The notes under the pieces were generated by a model, which searched no databases, was not told where the DNA came from, and saw only the letters and a list, made by a program, of their open reading frames with translations. This document shows positions 44,201 through 53,722 of a stretch of 64,000 bases of DNA, piece after piece. Every line of letters starts with the position of its first letter. Within the stretch, counting starts at the first letter, position 1. This stretch comes from Planctomycetota bacterium (GTDB lineage: Bacteria > Planctomycetota > SZUA-567 > H5-PLA8), in the NCBI GenBank assembly GCA_038227875.1, contig JBBRPR010000018.1, positions 64,001 to 128,000 on the forward strand, read 5' to 3'. The position numbers and the translations under genes were made by a program.

Positions 44201-44311
44201 CGTATCTTCGCGCACCGCGCCAAGATCGCCCTTGTGATCGCCACAGCCTACCAGGCCGGCGAAGACTCCCGCTATTAATGCTACGTTACCGAGCGTTCGC
44301 AATCCAATCAT
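41270..44311 (-). CDS. Secretin-family outer membrane lipoprotein with TPR-like N-terminal region
   Basis: Lipobox LVGC. Same architecture as its neighbour, with GVVLDVRPIVS...TTATVPDGG...GVPFISDLPVVGRLF. Confidence 0.88.
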   Translation of the reverse strand: MIGLRTLGNVALIAGVFAGLVGCGDHKGDLGAVREDTPVVETVPASHEETKPTSAAPAGEVADLAPDKPVAPTTPAPAPTTSATDVKNAPAELVSLNPGNVADAAPVAVGKAIPQNGRETKGEGEQPPVAATAPIAPTDAAPAADGDKPAPAPTPPPAPVAETPEEKAARLLKEAERLSGVRVQANQQEADAAYQTGLKLFNDLEYEQAKQYFERAVTIDPTNEVARQKLQVVNSLLGIHVDKIAHKIRELEQGERVKQQESLVQLANAMQEGRILEERGTVLPPDAVGVDKDRILADQLESLRKAQDKFRRVKEILNWMPPSFDLPSERSAVDQSLVRLKQKIAEKEDEINYLRRVQAQKEADASRVRETELFKARIGKLLDQVKDLYERGDYTSAERLSIRILQIDPFNNDAESWKSKARAANHTKERADILDEKAHELKNMDEDIDQATIGYAPIILYPSNWDQITRRVDNLTLGKTTREEVWKSDILKKLQRKVTFDFVDTSLDEAVAFLRQVSGVTIIVDPKVMAANPANINLRVTDMSLDLALDWILRLANLEKVLKDHAIYISTPDRLQEAAELRIYDISDLTQSIPDFPGPELQLSTAGDPNQAAANNPAAGAFAPKATVVPTAASIADMIKTRVRPDSWDPALGTSVEEMAGRLVVMQRPEIHALIDQLLSSFRSTQRMMINIESRFLTIREAYLENIGVEYQGLDTNVLFGDFGDIRNLGTPNGLLQPRRPGASDATPANVPFPGIVAGPQGIGGGTFSTVGSIVNHRINYATNDNTTISSEDSTGTIRQGGLNAQLTVINNTQLQAFIRALAVRESQSTLIAPRLTVFNTQRAHMFVARQQSYVSDYDINGDSYDPVVRQFLEGVVLDVRPIVSADRRYVTVEMRPTVTQLVNFVTRQLDSFTVNSGAQVNLILRLSFPIQFPELSISRVRTTATVPDGGILLLGGLYRNIKFKSENGVPFISDLPVVGRLFRWNVAETAKQNLSILLSPRIILFSEEEEKL

Positions 44312-44681
44312 CGACCGCGGCCGTCCTTTCTACTCGAGCCCATTTTGCAAGCTCCCTGGCACATCACAAAAACAGGTCCTGCTAGGATAGAAGTTGCACG
44401 GGCGCAACACGCCCGGGAACACCTCTCCCGTTTTCATTAATCAAAGCAACGCCTCACCCGACGACGTTACCGACTTCAATAGCTATGTTTTGCAACGAGA
44501 GACTTTTAAGGTCTTTTTTTTATCCGTCAAGCTGAACATCGTCGGTTTTCGTTTGGTGGTTACTGCTGTAAAAACTTATTCGTGTGTAGTTTGGAGCACA
44601 ATGTAAAGACGCACATCGCGTAGTCACCTCGTGCGCACCTATGAAATATAACACAATGAGTGTTAACTTGTGCACTTGTCA

Positions 44682-46010
44682 TCACCTCTTTCTAATCTCG
44701 GTCTGACCGTCCATATATTTTTGCAAAACTTGAGGAATTTTTATTGACCCATCCGCTTGTTGGTACTGTTCCCAGATCGCCACGACGATACGTGGCATCG
44801 GCAATCCTGATCCATTAAGCGTGTGAACGTACTGCAGCTTGCCGCCATCAGCCGGACGGTAGCGCAACCCGCTGCGCCGCGCCTGGTAGTCCTCGAAGTT
44901 CGAAACGCTGGACACTTCCAGCCAGCGCTTGGCCGCTGGAGCGTACACTTCCAAGTCGTAGCACTTCGCCGCGCTGAATGATAAGTCGCCACGGCAGAGT
45001 AGCAGCACGCGGTACTGCAGACCCAGCTGCTGCAGGAGGAACTCCGCGTTTTCGACCATCTTCTCGTGTTCGTCGTAGCTGTTCTGCGGCGTGGTGAGTT
45101 TCAGCATCTCCACCTTGCTGAACTGATGGACGCGCAAAATGCCCCGCGTGTCCGCCCCGGCCGCGCCCGCTTCGCGCCGAAAGCACGCAGAGTAGGCGCA
45201 GTACTTCTTCGGCAGATCTTTCTCTTCCAGGATCTCATCGCGATGGAAAGCCGTCAGCGGCACTTCCGCCGTGGGGATCGCGTAGAGGTCATCCAGCTCC
45301 GCGTGGTACATCTGTTCCGCAAATTTGGGAAACTGGCCTGACCCGAAGAGCGTCTTCTCGCTGACAAAGAAGGGAGGAATCAGCTCCTCGTAGCCGTTGC
45401 GGGTGCGATGCACATCCAGACACCAGCTCAAAATCGCCCGCTCCAGCCGCGCGCCGTCGCCGCGCAAAAAGAACCAGCCTGCTCCGGTGATCTTGCCACC
45501 GCGTTCTGTATCGAGGATGCCCAGTTCCTTGCCGAGCTCAAAGTGCGGCTTGGGCGTGAAGTCAAACTTCGCTTCCTCGCCCCACGTCCGAACAGTCTTG
45601 TTGTCTTCGGCCCCCTTCCCTTCCGGAACCGACGTGTGGCAGATGTTGGGGACCCATTGCAAAATTGCATCGCGAGCCGCTTCGGCACGCTTCTCGATGG
45701 TCTCAAGCTGCTGGATCCGCTCGTTCTGATTCTTTGATTTGGTCTGGAGTTCGCCGATCTCGGCCATGACCGTGGTGAGTTTCGCCGGGTCTGCCGCCGC
45801 CGCCTTCGACTGCCCCATCTTCATGCCGATCTCTTTGGAGAGCTTATTCTTGTCCGCCTTGAGCGTCTCGACTTCGAGGATCGCCTTCTTCCGTTCGTCT
45901 TCGAACGCGACGAGCTGCTTCAGGTCGGTGTGTTCATTGGCCGCCTTCTTATCGTCGAGGGCCTTCTGGACTGCATCGATGTTGGCGAGCACGAATTTCA
46001 GATCAAGCAT
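44682..46010 (-). CDS. serS: Seryl-tRNA synthetase
   Basis: MLDLK start, IPTAEVP, CFRREAG, RVHQFSKVE, EVSSVSNFEDYQARR and HTLNGSG motifs. Confidence 0.98.
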   Translation of the reverse strand: MLDLKFVLANIDAVQKALDDKKAANEHTDLKQLVAFEDERKKAILEVETLKADKNKLSKEIGMKMGQSKAAAADPAKLTTVMAEIGELQTKSKNQNERIQQLETIEKRAEAARDAILQWVPNICHTSVPEGKGAEDNKTVRTWGEEAKFDFTPKPHFELGKELGILDTERGGKITGAGWFFLRGDGARLERAILSWCLDVHRTRNGYEELIPPFFVSEKTLFGSGQFPKFAEQMYHAELDDLYAIPTAEVPLTAFHRDEILEEKDLPKKYCAYSACFRREAGAAGADTRGILRVHQFSKVEMLKLTTPQNSYDEHEKMVENAEFLLQQLGLQYRVLLLCRGDLSFSAAKCYDLEVYAPAAKRWLEVSSVSNFEDYQARRSGLRYRPADGGKLQYVHTLNGSGLPMPRIVVAIWEQYQQADGSIKIPQVLQKYMDGQTEIRKR

Positions 46011-46490
46011 GACGTGCGACTCCCTTATTATGCAACGGTGGCGGTGACAAGGCTGCGCAATGTAAACGCGCGCGTCGATTTCTTCAATTGAAGGGCGGCT
46101 TCAGCCGCTCTTTCGTTTTTTTAAGTGCTTTTGATGCTACGGAACTTACGCGGAACGAGAGCGACTCACGGATGCACATCGCGAGGACGCGGCATCGATG
46201 TTTCGCGGCAGGATGAACGAGGACATGATCAACAACATAGCTAAAAATCTCCTTCCTCAATAAGTGACTATCGATTGCAAAAGTCAAGCATTCCGTTCTT
46301 AAAGTTTTACCCAGGCTTTTCGTGTTTCCGGCCGTAACCATCGCCGCCCCTCATTGGAATAATTTTTGCATAACGCAACTCTGGCTCTGCAACCTCAAAA
46401 AATCGTAGGAATTTCGGACGATCGCCTACGACTTTCGGTCGGGTCAACAATTTTGGTACCCGGTCAGTGCTGTCTGGAGATTCTGAATTC

Positions 46491-49400
46491 ATGAGTTCCC
46501 ACGGTAACCAGTTCGCGCACGGCGGCAAAATGGCTGCACGAATGGCTAAGATGAACTGGGAATCCACTCCCGTCGGTCCACCCGAATCCTGGCCCCAATC
46601 TCTGCAAGTCGCAGTGCGAATTATCCTCACGTCCCGTTACGCGATGTGGATGGCGTGGGGACCGGAACTCACGTTCTTCTGCAACGACGCCTATCTTCCC
46701 ACGCTCGGCGTCAAAGAAGCATGGGCGCTGGGCGCAAGTGCGCGCAAGGTCTGGGAAGAAATCTGGCCGGACATCGGTCCCCGCATCGACCGCGTGCTCA
46801 ACACCGGCGAGGCCACGTGGGACGAGGGCCTGCGTCTGTTCCTCGAACGCAGCGGATACACCGAGGAGACCTACCATACATTTTCGTATAGCCCCCTCTT
46901 CGATGATTCCGGCGCTGCTCGTGGCATGCTCTGCGTCGTCACGGAAGAGACTGAACGCGTGATCGGCGAGCGCCGCCTCTCTGCGCTGCGCGACTTCGCT
47001 GCGGAGCTCTCCGGTTCCAAAACAGAATCCGAGGTTTATGCGGCGACCGCCCGCTGCCTGACCAAGGCGCAACGCGACTTTCCGTTTGCGCTGATTTATG
47101 CGGTGGAAGAAGACGCCGGCGTCGCTCGATTGGTTTCGAGCAGCGGTACGATTGGCACAGACGAGGTTGCTTCATTCGCACCTGAAACGATCGCGTTGGA
47201 AGAACTCAATGCAGCCTGGCCGCTGAAACGCATCTACGAAACCGGGCAACCGATTGAAATGGATGATCTGCCGTCACGCTTTCCAAATCTGCCCCAAGGT
47301 CCCTGGCCCAAATCGCCACAACGCGCCATCATTCTGCCGCTTGCGCATGCCGGGCACTCGCGACCGGCAGGAATGTTCGTCGCCGGGATGAATCCATTTC
47401 GCCAATACGATGAAGGGTACCGCAGCTTCGCGGAACTGTTTGTCGGCCAGCTCAACGCCGGCGTCAATAATGCGCAAGCCTACGACGCGGAACGCCGTAG
47501 AGCCGAGGCGCTGGCGGAAATCGACCGGGCCAAGACCACCTTTTTCAGCAACATCAGTCACGAATTTCGCACGCCGCTCACCTTGATGCTCGGGCCGCTC
47601 GCGGACATCATCGGCCAGCGGGACGACTCCGTGTCCGATAAGGTCTGCGAAGAACTGAGTGTCGTCCATCGCAACGGACTGCGCCTTTTGAAGCTGGTCA
47701 ATACGCTGCTGGATTTTGCTCGAATCGAAGCAGGGAGAGTCCGTGCGGCGTTTGTCGAAACGAATCTATCCAGCTATACGGCAGATCTGGCCAGCGTCTT
47801 TCGCTCGGCTGTTGAAAAAGCCGGACTAACCTATTCGATAGATATGCCGTCGAATGTGAATGCATGCATTGATCGTGATATGTGGGAAAAGATTGTACTT
47901 AATTTAATTTCCAACGCGTTTAAATTTACATTAAATGGAGGGATCACTGTCAAATTGCGCGCCGGCGGCGGTCAGATCCAATTAACCGTGACGGACACCG
48001 GATGCGGCATTCCTCCTCAGGAATTACCCCGCTTATTTGAACGCTTTTACCGCATTGAAGGAGCCAAAGGCCGCACTCACGAAGGCTCGGGGATCGGATT
48101 GGCGTTCGTGCACGAACTGGTCAAAATTCACGGTGGACATGTCAGCGTTAAAAGTGAATTGGGAAAGGGTTCAACTTTTGCCGTGACCATCCCGGAAGGC
48201 AACGCTCACTTACCGTCTGATAAAATTGTTGAGACCAGTGCGCCGGAGCCGGCTGGTGTCCATTCCAATGCATTCCTGGAAGAGGCGATGCGCTGGTTGC
48301 CCGAGGAATCCAATTCGGAGCGCTCATCGGACGTGACGGATGTTCAGGTGGATACCCGCGTTCCCGCGCCGCCTAACGTCGAAGGGGCGACAAAATTGAC
48401 GGTGCTGATTGCGGATGACAACGCCGACATGCGGGGATATCTCCGGCGACTGTTGTCGGAATGCTTCAACGTCATTGCCGTCTCCGATGGCCAGGAAGCA
48501 CTCGCCGCGTGCCGCGAAAGTGTGCCGTGCGCCATCGTTTCCGATGTCATGATGCCGAATCTCGACGGCTTTGGATTGATGCGTGCGGTCCGCGCGGATC
48601 CTTCGCTCGCCGGCGTGCCGTTCATTCTGGTTTCTGCAAAAGCCGGCGAAGAAGCGCGACTCGAAGGGATTCGATCGGGCGCCGACGATTATATTGTAAA
48701 GCCATTTAGTGCGCGGGAATTTGTCGTCCGCGTCGAAGCACAAATTCAACGCAAACAGTTTGAACGCCAATTGGCATTTACGGAAGAACGGCTCCAGTCT
48801 GCATTGGCGGCGGCCAGAATGGCGGCGTGGGAATGGGATCCCCAGGAGGACCAGGTCAAGGTTTCCGCCACGGCCACCCAGGTGTTTGGGCTCAAGTCCG
48901 AACAAACGCTTGATAACAGTCGTATTGGTCTAAGCCTGATACACCCCGGCGATCGCGAGAGCCACCGCGCCAAATTATACAATTCAGTGAACAGCGGCGA
49001 AGGATTCGAAACCATCTATCGCATTATTCGGCCGATCGATGGACAGACGGCCTGGCTGGAAGAACGAAGCCGCATCATTAAAGACCCGTCGACGGGAAAA
49101 ATTCGTCTGATCGGTCTGGTCATGGACATCACGGCTCGAATCGTGGCCGAGGCCGCGCTCAAGCAGAGCGAAGAGCGTTTAAAATTCGCCATCGAATCCG
49201 GAGACCTTGGAACTTTCTATTGTCCGGTTCCGCTGAAAACCATCTTAGGTAACGACAAATTTAAAGAGCTTAATTGGCTGCCGCGCGATGCGGATGTCGA
49301 TTTTGAAAGATTCTTTTCCATTCTACACCAAGACGATCGCGAGCGTTTACGCAACGCCGTGGAGCAATCTGTTTTTTATCGACAGCCGTTTGACATCGAA

Positions 49401-51155
49401 TACCGCACGGTCGCGCCAGATGGGCGCGAACGGTGGATCAGGGCCAAGGGACGCGCCTATTACGGCGCGCAGGGAACACCCAATCGCTTTGATGGCATTA
49501 CACTGGATGTCACCGATCTCAAGAACACCGAGAAACGGCGCGAGGAAGCCCTGGAGGCCGAGCGCGCCGCACGCCAGCAGGCAGAGCACGTCAGTCGAAT
49601 CAAAGACGAGTTCCTCGCCACCTTGAGCCACGAATTGCGCACGCCGCTCAACGCCATTGTGGGCTGGTCCAGCATTCTGAAAAAAAATAACTCCAATCCG
49701 AAGGATATTAAATCCGGCATTGACGTCATTGAACGCAATGCGCGCGCTCAATCACAGATGATCGAAGATCTGCTCGATATGAGCCGAATTATTTCCGGAA
49801 AAATTCGCCTCGACGTCCAGCACGTGCTCATCGCCGATATTGTTGCTTCAGCCATTAAAGCCGTGCAACCCTCGGCGGAGATGAAGGGCATTCGGCTCAT
49901 TACAATTCTGGATTCCCACGCTGGACCTGTCGCGGGCGACACCAATCGCCTGCAGCAGATCGTCTGGAATCTGCTGACCAACGCCATCAAGTTTACTTCA
50001 CGGGGCGGCAAGGTTCAGGTTGTGCTTGAGCGCGTGAACTCGCATTTGGAATTGAGCGTTTCGGATACCGGCGAAGGCATCTCGCCGGAATTTTTACCTT
50101 TTGTATTCGAGCGCTTCCGGCAGGCCGACGCATCGACGACGCGAAAGCACGGCGGCTTGGGATTGGGTTTAAGTATCGTGAAACAATTGATTGAATTGCA
50201 TGGCGGGTCAATTCGTGCAAAAAGTCCGGGCCTTGGTCAAGGCAGTACATTCATATTAAATCTGCCCCTGGCCGTCGCTCATCTGGGTGGTCCGGCAGGT
50301 TCGAGTCGAGAACACCCGCGCGCCAGCGGCAATGCGCAATTTCCAGATCCACCGACGCTGAATGGCGTTCGGATTCTTGTCGTCGATGACGACGTCGATG
50401 GCCGTCAACTCCTGAAGCGAATCCTGGAAGATGGTGGCGCTTCCGTTGTGACTGCCAGTTCTGTCCGGGAGGCCTTGAGCGTGCTGGACGAAATGCAATT
50501 TAACGTCCTGGTGAGCGACATCGGGATGCCGGAAGAGGACGGGTATGATTTAATTCGCAAAGTTCGTTCCCGATCGAGTGATCAGAACGGCACCGTTCCT
50601 GCCATTGCCTTGACGGCTTTCGCCCGTTCCGAAGACCGACAGCGCGCAATTCGATCGGGTTTCCAGATTCACGTCGCGAAGCCTGTTGAACCGTCGGAAA
50701 TTGTTACGGTCTGTGCGAGCCTGGCTGGTAGAAAATTTGAAGAATCTGGATGTGGAAGCAATACGACTACGAATTCGAATGCCTGCAAATTCCTGGTTGT
50801 GGACGACCATCAGGATGCCGCTGAAACACTGGCCATGATGCTTCGTTTGGAAGGGCAACATACTGATGTGGCGTTCAGCGCAATGGACGCGCTGAAGCGG
50901 TTAAACGAGGTCACTCCGGCTGCCATTCTGATTGACCTGAGTATGCCCGACATGGACGGATACGAACTCGCGAGAAAGATCCGGCAGTTGCCAAACGCGA
51001 GCGGCTCCATCCTTGTTGCCTTGACCGGTTGGGACGAAAGCGAAACTCGCCAGCGCACGGCTCAAGCCGGATTCGACTACCATTTTGTTAAGCCCATCGA
51101 AGAAAGCTCGTTCAAGGAACTATTGAACGCTGTACGGCATTCCGATGTGAACTAA
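46491..51155 (+). CDS. Double hybrid histidine kinase (PAS-like/GAF-HK-REC-PAS-PAS-HK-REC-REC)
   Basis: Two H-boxes (SHEFRTPL, SHELRTPL), two HATPase G-boxes and three receiver domains (SDVMMP, SDIGMP, IDLSMP). Confidence 0.95.
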   Translation: MSSHGNQFAHGGKMAARMAKMNWESTPVGPPESWPQSLQVAVRIILTSRYAMWMAWGPELTFFCNDAYLPTLGVKEAWALGASARKVWEEIWPDIGPRIDRVLNTGEATWDEGLRLFLERSGYTEETYHTFSYSPLFDDSGAARGMLCVVTEETERVIGERRLSALRDFAAELSGSKTESEVYAATARCLTKAQRDFPFALIYAVEEDAGVARLVSSSGTIGTDEVASFAPETIALEELNAAWPLKRIYETGQPIEMDDLPSRFPNLPQGPWPKSPQRAIILPLAHAGHSRPAGMFVAGMNPFRQYDEGYRSFAELFVGQLNAGVNNAQAYDAERRRAEALAEIDRAKTTFFSNISHEFRTPLTLMLGPLADIIGQRDDSVSDKVCEELSVVHRNGLRLLKLVNTLLDFARIEAGRVRAAFVETNLSSYTADLASVFRSAVEKAGLTYSIDMPSNVNACIDRDMWEKIVLNLISNAFKFTLNGGITVKLRAGGGQIQLTVTDTGCGIPPQELPRLFERFYRIEGAKGRTHEGSGIGLAFVHELVKIHGGHVSVKSELGKGSTFAVTIPEGNAHLPSDKIVETSAPEPAGVHSNAFLEEAMRWLPEESNSERSSDVTDVQVDTRVPAPPNVEGATKLTVLIADDNADMRGYLRRLLSECFNVIAVSDGQEALAACRESVPCAIVSDVMMPNLDGFGLMRAVRADPSLAGVPFILVSAKAGEEARLEGIRSGADDYIVKPFSAREFVVRVEAQIQRKQFERQLAFTEERLQSALAAARMAAWEWDPQEDQVKVSATATQVFGLKSEQTLDNSRIGLSLIHPGDRESHRAKLYNSVNSGEGFETIYRIIRPIDGQTAWLEERSRIIKDPSTGKIRLIGLVMDITARIVAEAALKQSEERLKFAIESGDLGTFYCPVPLKTILGNDKFKELNWLPRDADVDFERFFSILHQDDRERLRNAVEQSVFYRQPFDIEYRTVAPDGRERWIRAKGRAYYGAQGTPNRFDGITLDVTDLKNTEKRREEALEAERAARQQAEHVSRIKDEFLATLSHELRTPLNAIVGWSSILKKNNSNPKDIKSGIDVIERNARAQSQMIEDLLDMSRIISGKIRLDVQHVLIADIVASAIKAVQPSAEMKGIRLITILDSHAGPVAGDTNRLQQIVWNLLTNAIKFTSRGGKVQVVLERVNSHLELSVSDTGEGISPEFLPFVFERFRQADASTTRKHGGLGLGLSIVKQLIELHGGSIRAKSPGLGQGSTFILNLPLAVAHLGGPAGSSREHPRASGNAQFPDPPTLNGVRILVVDDDVDGRQLLKRILEDGGASVVTASSVREALSVLDEMQFNVLVSDIGMPEEDGYDLIRKVRSRSSDQNGTVPAIALTAFARSEDRQRAIRSGFQIHVAKPVEPSEIVTVCASLAGRKFEESGCGSNTTTNSNACKFLVVDDHQDAAETLAMMLRLEGQHTDVAFSAMDALKRLNEVTPAAILIDLSMPDMDGYELARKIRQLPNASGSILVALTGWDESETRQRTAQAGFDYHFVKPIEESSFKELLNAVRHSDVN

Positions 51156-51321
51156 ACGCCCACATCTATTCTTCGCGCGCGCCACTCTTTTCCAACCGGC
51201 ACGTGCGAATTAGATGCATTTGCCCACCACTTCTGCCCGGCCTGCGCCATTTGTTTCTCAACATTTTTTTGAGAGTTCGAATCGCAGGCAAGTGCGGCTT
51301 TTCATCCGGCGGGACCAATAA

Positions 51322-51351
51322 AAACTCGCCGCATTCCGCGGCGAGCTTTTT
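51322..51351. terminator. Hairpin of the same repeated family
   Basis: AAACTCGCCGC-ATTCC-GCGGCGAG-CTTTTT between convergent genes. Confidence 0.7.
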
Positions 51352-51374
51352 CGCACGTGATCAGCACGTCTGAG

Positions 51375-51875
51375 TTACTTCTTGATGCTGCGATACACGG
51401 CGTCGATCACCTTCTGATTGTCAGCAAGCTTGCCAAACGCAACGACAACCAGCGGCGCCTTCGCACCGGTCACCAGCGTCAGATCCCAGTCGACAGATTC
51501 GCCGGCCTTCTCTCCTTTGGGAATCCACTTGTCGCCTTCCAGCAGCGCGCCGGTGCCTTCGAGATAGTCCTGCGTCAGCGTGTTCACCTTTTCCGTCTTG
51601 GGGCCTTTGGTGACTTTGGGATTCTTGATCAGGTGCTCCATTTCCGTGGCAATGTGCGTGATGAAATCTTTGGCCGTTCCGTCCGTCGCCGCATAGATAA
51701 TCAGCACGACGTCGTCGTTGGGATTGCTCGCGATCAGCAGGTCGCCATCGACATGGTGCTCCCAACCCGCGGGCACATCCAATTTCAGGCCAGCCTGCGG
51801 ATGCTCGAGCGTTTCCGCCCGAACCCCAGCGCTCAGCAACACGGCGAACAAACAGCAAACCAGAACGTTCTTCAT
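51375..51875 (-). CDS. Exported hypothetical protein
   Basis: Signal peptide ending VRA-ET, purine-rich sequence upstream, coding-like composition. Confidence 0.75.
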   Translation of the reverse strand: MKNVLVCCLFAVLLSAGVRAETLEHPQAGLKLDVPAGWEHHVDGDLLIASNPNDDVVLIIYAATDGTAKDFITHIATEMEHLIKNPKVTKGPKTEKVNTLTQDYLEGTGALLEGDKWIPKGEKAGESVDWDLTLVTGAKAPLVVVAFGKLADNQKVIDAVYRSIKK

Positions 51876-52018
51876 CACAGCCTTTCTCCCTTGAGAAGGG
51901 ACTCGAAAAATAACACTGGGTGAAAATGAAGCGGCAATAGTAAGTCAAACCGGGCCATTGCAAATGAATTCCGGATAAATAATGCCACCGATGTCAACCT
52001 CACTCATTGGCGTGTACT

Positions 52019-52774
52019 TCATTTGCACACGACCGAAAATCCTCCGTCGACGCGCAGGGTTATTCCTGAAATGTAGTCGGCTTGGCGCGACGCAAGAAAC
52101 AACACCGCCTCGCCAATGTCCTCAGGTTGCCCGATGCGACCCACAGGTACACGTGCCTTTATCTCTTGGGCTGGCCCCGGTTGACTCCAGTGATGCTCCG
52201 TCATGGGCGTAAGCATTATGCCCGGAGCCACGGCGTTGCACGTGATCCCATGCGGCCCGAGTGCCGCTGCGAATCCGACCATGAGCATGCGCATACCGGC
52301 CTTCGATGCACCGTAATCGACCTGGTTCGGCGAGGTCAGGTTTTCCGCCAACGACGTAATGAAAATAATCCGTCCGCCGCGTTGAGTAGCAATCATTTCT
52401 CGAGCCACCAGTTGTGTGCAGTGAAACGCGCCGTTTAGATTCACGTCAATCGTTCGAGCCCAGGCTTCAGGCGTCAGCGACATCACATCTATAAATGGGC
52501 AGATGCCCGCGTTATTGACCAGGACGTCAATTCGGCCGTAGGTAGCGAGCGTGCGCTGGATCATGGCATCGACGTCGCTGCGCTGGGTAACATCGCAACT
52601 CATACCGATTGAATTTACCGCGCCGGCGGCATTCAACTTTGCTGCTGCGTCCTGAGCAATGCCTTGATCGACATCGGCGACGACGATCGACGCGCCGGAT
52701 CTGGCAAAGCAGCTCCCGATTCCAAATCCAATTCCGCGCGCGCCGCCTGTCACAATCACGATGGGGTTCGACAT
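52019..52774 (-). CDS. Short-chain dehydrogenase/reductase
   Basis: TGGARGIG, NNAG and YGASK motifs. Confidence 0.93.
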   Translation of the reverse strand: MSNPIVIVTGGARGIGFGIGSCFARSGASIVVADVDQGIAQDAAAKLNAAGAVNSIGMSCDVTQRSDVDAMIQRTLATYGRIDVLVNNAGICPFIDVMSLTPEAWARTIDVNLNGAFHCTQLVAREMIATQRGGRIIFITSLAENLTSPNQVDYGASKAGMRMLMVGFAAALGPHGITCNAVAPGIMLTPMTEHHWSQPGPAQEIKARVPVGRIGQPEDIGEAVLFLASRQADYISGITLRVDGGFSVVCK

Positions 52775-52887
52775 GAATCACCTCCTTGATGATGGTGCTA
52801 TATACCGTGCCTCTATGACCTGTTTATGATCAATCTGCTTAGGTGATTATGGATTTTTATGACCTTTCGGATAGTACTTGTCATTTC

Positions 52888-53715
52888 ATGGCGCTCATTC
52901 CACTTGAACAACTTCCAGTCACGTTGCTCCCAGCCCAACTGTGGGGCTCGCGCGCCGAACAGTCCCGTTCCGCTGAGTTGTCGTTGCTCTACGTCGAGCG
53001 ATACCAGGGCAGACTTGACTCTCTCTCACTGGGCTCACACGAGTTCTGGGAGTTCCTCTGTGTGATGGATGGACGGGGTTTTCTGCGAAGTAATTCAGGC
53101 AGGCGTGCGTTTGAGTCGGGCAGTGCGTTTCTGATTCCGCCGCACGTGGATCATGCCGAAGAAGCCCGCAGAAAAGTTGACGTGCTCTGGGTGGGACTTT
53201 CCGGTACGCGGCTGGCCGAATTGCGTGAAGATCGCATTGTTTCTGCATGCGCCAACGAACTACGGCCGCCCAGCGAACGACTCTGGACACGATCGCAATT
53301 CGGGTCTGGCCGCATCGGGCCCGAGTTGGAAGGACTCACGCTGGCGCTGCTCAATCAATTTTTCTGCATGGCCGAACAAAAGCCGCCCGAGCATGCTCAT
53401 GTTGTGGATCGGATCGTTGAGCATATGAACACGCGCTATGCCGGCGATTGCTCCATCGCAACGCTGGCCGCGCGTTTCAACTTGAGCCAGGGCTACCTCT
53501 ACCGCAGTTTTAAAATGCGAACCGGCATGACTCCCGTGGTTTATTTGACTCGGGTGCGCATGAAGCGCGCCGCGAAATGGCTGCAGTATACAAACGATCC
53601 AATTCGCCAAATCGCCTTGCGCTTGGGATATTCAGATCCGCTGTATTTCAGCCGGGCGTTCAAGCGCGTGACCGGTCGAAGTCCGTCGGAAGTGCGTGAG
53701 ACTCGTTCCTATTGA
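52888..53715 (+). CDS. AraC family transcriptional regulator (cupin + HTH)
   Basis: SHEFWE cupin motif and GYSDPLYFSRAFK; divergent from the SDR gene. Confidence 0.92.
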   Translation: MALIPLEQLPVTLLPAQLWGSRAEQSRSAELSLLYVERYQGRLDSLSLGSHEFWEFLCVMDGRGFLRSNSGRRAFESGSAFLIPPHVDHAEEARRKVDVLWVGLSGTRLAELREDRIVSACANELRPPSERLWTRSQFGSGRIGPELEGLTLALLNQFFCMAEQKPPEHAHVVDRIVEHMNTRYAGDCSIATLAARFNLSQGYLYRSFKMRTGMTPVVYLTRVRMKRAAKWLQYTNDPIRQIALRLGYSDPLYFSRAFKRVTGRSPSEVRETRSY

Positions 53716-53722
53716 TTCGCCG

